64,000 bases of DNA from Phyllosticta citribraziliensis (Eukaryota): contig NW_027117341.1 of the NCBI RefSeq assembly GCF_038025025.1, positions 1,860,001 through 1,924,000 of the forward strand. Direction: 5' to 3'. The position numbers and the translations under genes are program-made. Under the pieces are notes generated by a model. That model was not told the origin of the DNA, did not search any database, and saw only the letters and a program-made list of their open reading frames with translations. Below, piece after piece: positions 61,217 through 64,000 of this stretch. Every line of letters starts with the position of its first letter. Position 1 is the first letter of the stretch.

Positions 61217-62524
61217 ATGCGCTTCAGGGCTGCCATCCAAAACGTGGGCACTTTTGCCAGTATGTGGCTCTGCGCCGTGCTTGTTCCAGCCCTCGAAAAC
61301 TGACAATATCGCAGAGTTCACGGCTTCTCTAGCGTCGCTCGGACCTGTGGCGTGGGTACGGTTCAGCGAGGATGAAGTGCGCTTCACCGTCATTCCTGAT
61401 CAGGGAACCCAGGTTTGGGCGTAAGTGCTTCCCAGGATTTCATGCATGAGCAGTGACTAACGCAATTGCAGGGTACTGTCGCTGGTAAGGTCATTTGGAT
61501 GCATGAGCTGTGGCAAAGCATGTCTCTAACCGTGGCCAATATCTAGGACGCCATCTTCGACCTCGACCAGTACAACATTCAATCGGCCGCCAACAATGTA
61601 ATCAATCTCGAGGTGCCCCTGTTGCCACTTCAGCGCGCTCTCAAGTCCGCCCTGTCTGCCAATTCTGCCTCGATTCGCCTCACCAAGAAGGACAATATCC
61701 CATTGTTATCTCTAACGATCGTCACCGCATCGCTGGGAACCACGCATAGCGGCCCGTACGGCAGCGGTCCGAGCGACGAGTTTGGATTTGGTGAAAACGG
61801 AGCCATCAGCGACAGGGAGCGCGAGACGATTGTAACTCAAGACGTGCCGGTGCGGGTACTGAGCGCCAGCAACGTCGAGGGCATCCATGAGCCACGGTGC
61901 CGCGAGCCAGACGTTCACATATTGATGCCACCCCTGCTGCAGCTAAAAAGCATCTCTGATCGCTTCACCAAGCTCGCGGTAGCAGCCAGAGGCGGCGCAG
62001 GTGGCACGGCGAGTTCTGTTGGGCCGCGGCTCGAGATGGCAGCAAACATGCACGGCTGCCTGAAGCTTAGCATCCGCACCGACGCCATGAACATCTCGAG
62101 CGTATGGACCGGCCTGTCGAACCCTGAGTTGAACCCATCGGCAATTTTGGGCGGCGAGGAAGGCATCGTGGACCACCCCAGTACGCGAATGAGGCAGATG
62201 GGCACGGCCGATGGACGCAGCGAAGAAGGCTGGGCCACGGTGCGGATAGATGCAAGAGACTGGGGCAAAGTCATGTCTGTTGGAAGACTGGAGGGGAAGG
62301 TCATTGCTTGTGAGTAGTGATCTGCCCAGAAGGACTGGTTTGCAGGCCGCTAACCCGAGACAAACAGGCTTTTGCCATAACCACGCCCTGATTGTATACG
62401 TCTATCTGCCAACCGATGACGAGGGGCGGGAAGAGTCCGTATTGACGGTAAGTGCACGCGCAAGTGGTCGGTGCAAGTATGAGCTAAATGAAGGCAGTAT
62501 TACATCACTTCCTACAGTGAGTGA
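61217..62524 (+). CDS. HUS1: 9-1-1 checkpoint clamp subunit Hus1/Mec3
   Basis: MRFRAAI...VRFTVIPDQGTQVWA, YNIQSAANNVINLEV, VTQDVPVRVL, HEPRCREPDVHILMP, ANMHGCL; ends YYITSYSE*; includes a 13-nt micro-exon. Confidence 0.88.
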
Positions 62525-64000
62525 AGCAGACCAGCTCAATCTAAAATTGTCCGATGGACCAGGGGGAAAAGGGTTGAAAAATAAAAATGGTCAAGTCGAT
62601 AAACAAAGCCACCATTGGGGCGTAATCAACGAGGCGCCGCGGTACCACAAACATGATTTGCATGCACGAATTCCCCGCAGGCCAGTGGAGCTTCCCCCAA
62701 TTGGCTTCGAGTATTCGCAGTCTCGTGCAGATGCTCTCTCGGAATGGGCTGAGTGTCTTGGCTAGGAATTGGTGGCTTGGAGAGAGACGAGGGTGGCCGA
62801 TCAACACAGGGGACGGATCATCCGGCATTGATTCTGCTCATGGTCTGATGCTCCCGATAGGCTTGAACGGGAAATCAAGGGGCCGCGAGACGATCAGACA
62901 ATAGCCACAGCGCGGGCAGCGCCACAGCCGTGCGGCCGCGCAGAGGGCCACTGGAGCGTACAGACGGTTTCAAGGCCAATGATTCAGAGGACGAGAGCAA
63001 TCCGGAAGGCTTCTCGACGCCGCCACCGAACGATACGCCACGAAGCGCCAAGGGGAGTTGCAAAAAAAGAAGACGGGTACTAGTGCGGGTCGCCTTGTTG
63101 ACAAGAGACGCATGGTGTCGTCTTGATGAGCTGGCTCCTGCAGGTCGTCAACGACGGCAAGGCCGAGGAATGGCAAGGCGAAAATGGGAATTGCTTTGTT
63201 CGAAGAAGATGCTGGGAAGGGTGTCACGGGAGCATCTTGGTTCCTGCAGCGGCATGAGCTTTGTACGACGGCGGCCACGGGCAGGGGCTGGCGACGTGTG
63301 CTACGGCAGCATGTTTAGCCAGGCACCGTCGAGTCCAGGACGCGTATTCTAAGTGAAACAGCAAGAGGTTGGACAGAAGGGCCCGAGCTGGCAAGCAGTC
63401 GAGTGGATGGAGAGGTGTGAGAGCCACTGCCAGGGGACGAGGAGCCAAGGCCATGGATCGGGTCGAAAAAACGGCGGTGCAGCAGACTATCGCCTGCACG
63501 CAGCATCAATAATGCACCAAGAATATTGACGAGACCACGCGGCCAGGACATGACGCTGTTTTTTCCAATTACGTTGTGACTCTCGAACAATCGTCGATTT
63601 CAAAGCAGCAGGTCTCTGAGAGAAGCATACGTCAGCAATCGGCTGCCATGTGCCTGGAATGATGCCTGGAGTTGACTCTGCCTTGGAGATGGGGCTTGAT
63701 ATGACTGGACCCTTCTCCGCCATTGGCCGGCGGGCGTTTTCGCAGCGCGAGGCCTCTCGCTCGCCCTTTCGCGCCTCAGCCCTACCGAGCAGGGTATTTT
63801 TAGGAATCCGCTTCTGCTTCTCGCGTCATCCGCAGTCAGTGGCCCGTCAGTCAGTCAGTCAAACACCCAAACCCGACACGCACACACGCACGACCCGCCG
63901 CAGTGGCCGTTCCGTCGCATCGCATGCTTCCCAAACCCCCCTCCTGGGTCCTTTGCAGTGCGAGCGCAGGAACTCGCCCGTGTCGTTGTGAAGAATGCAT

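Overview
Gene-dense, intron-rich nuclear DNA from a filamentous ascomycete. The short introns with CTRAC branch points, the veA gene and the microsatellite-rich intergenic regions suggest Pezizomycotina, probably a Dothideomycete (inference). I reconstructed about 25 spliced genes by eye. Most are housekeeping: complex I 75-kDa subunit, an AT-hook protein, veA, RPC82, QCR2, ATP15, MAK10, CENP-W, PRE5, VPS55, VPS68, LOC1, an EHT1/EEB1-like hydrolase, SCC4/MAU2, MAK16, MSS1, NCE101, ATG8, ADE8, PGA1, alpha-tubulin, CTF4/sepB and HUS1. There is also an intron-containing tRNA-Asn(GTT) and a box H/ACA snoRNA whose first pocket fits 18S psi466 (snR189-like). The most interesting items are: PGA1 followed after only 19 nt by a tandem-F-box ORF (candidate dicistron); adjacent VPS55 and VPS68, whose products form one complex; an orphan 7TM GPCR-like gene behind a ~4.6-kb non-coding region; a dual-register GC-AG intron plus an overlapping uORF in ADE8; a divergent pair of orphan genes; and an MCB-rich CTF4/HUS1 bidirectional promoter. 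I saw no transposon, CRISPR array or secondary-metabolite cluster. Gene identities come from recognising sequence motifs, not from database searches.
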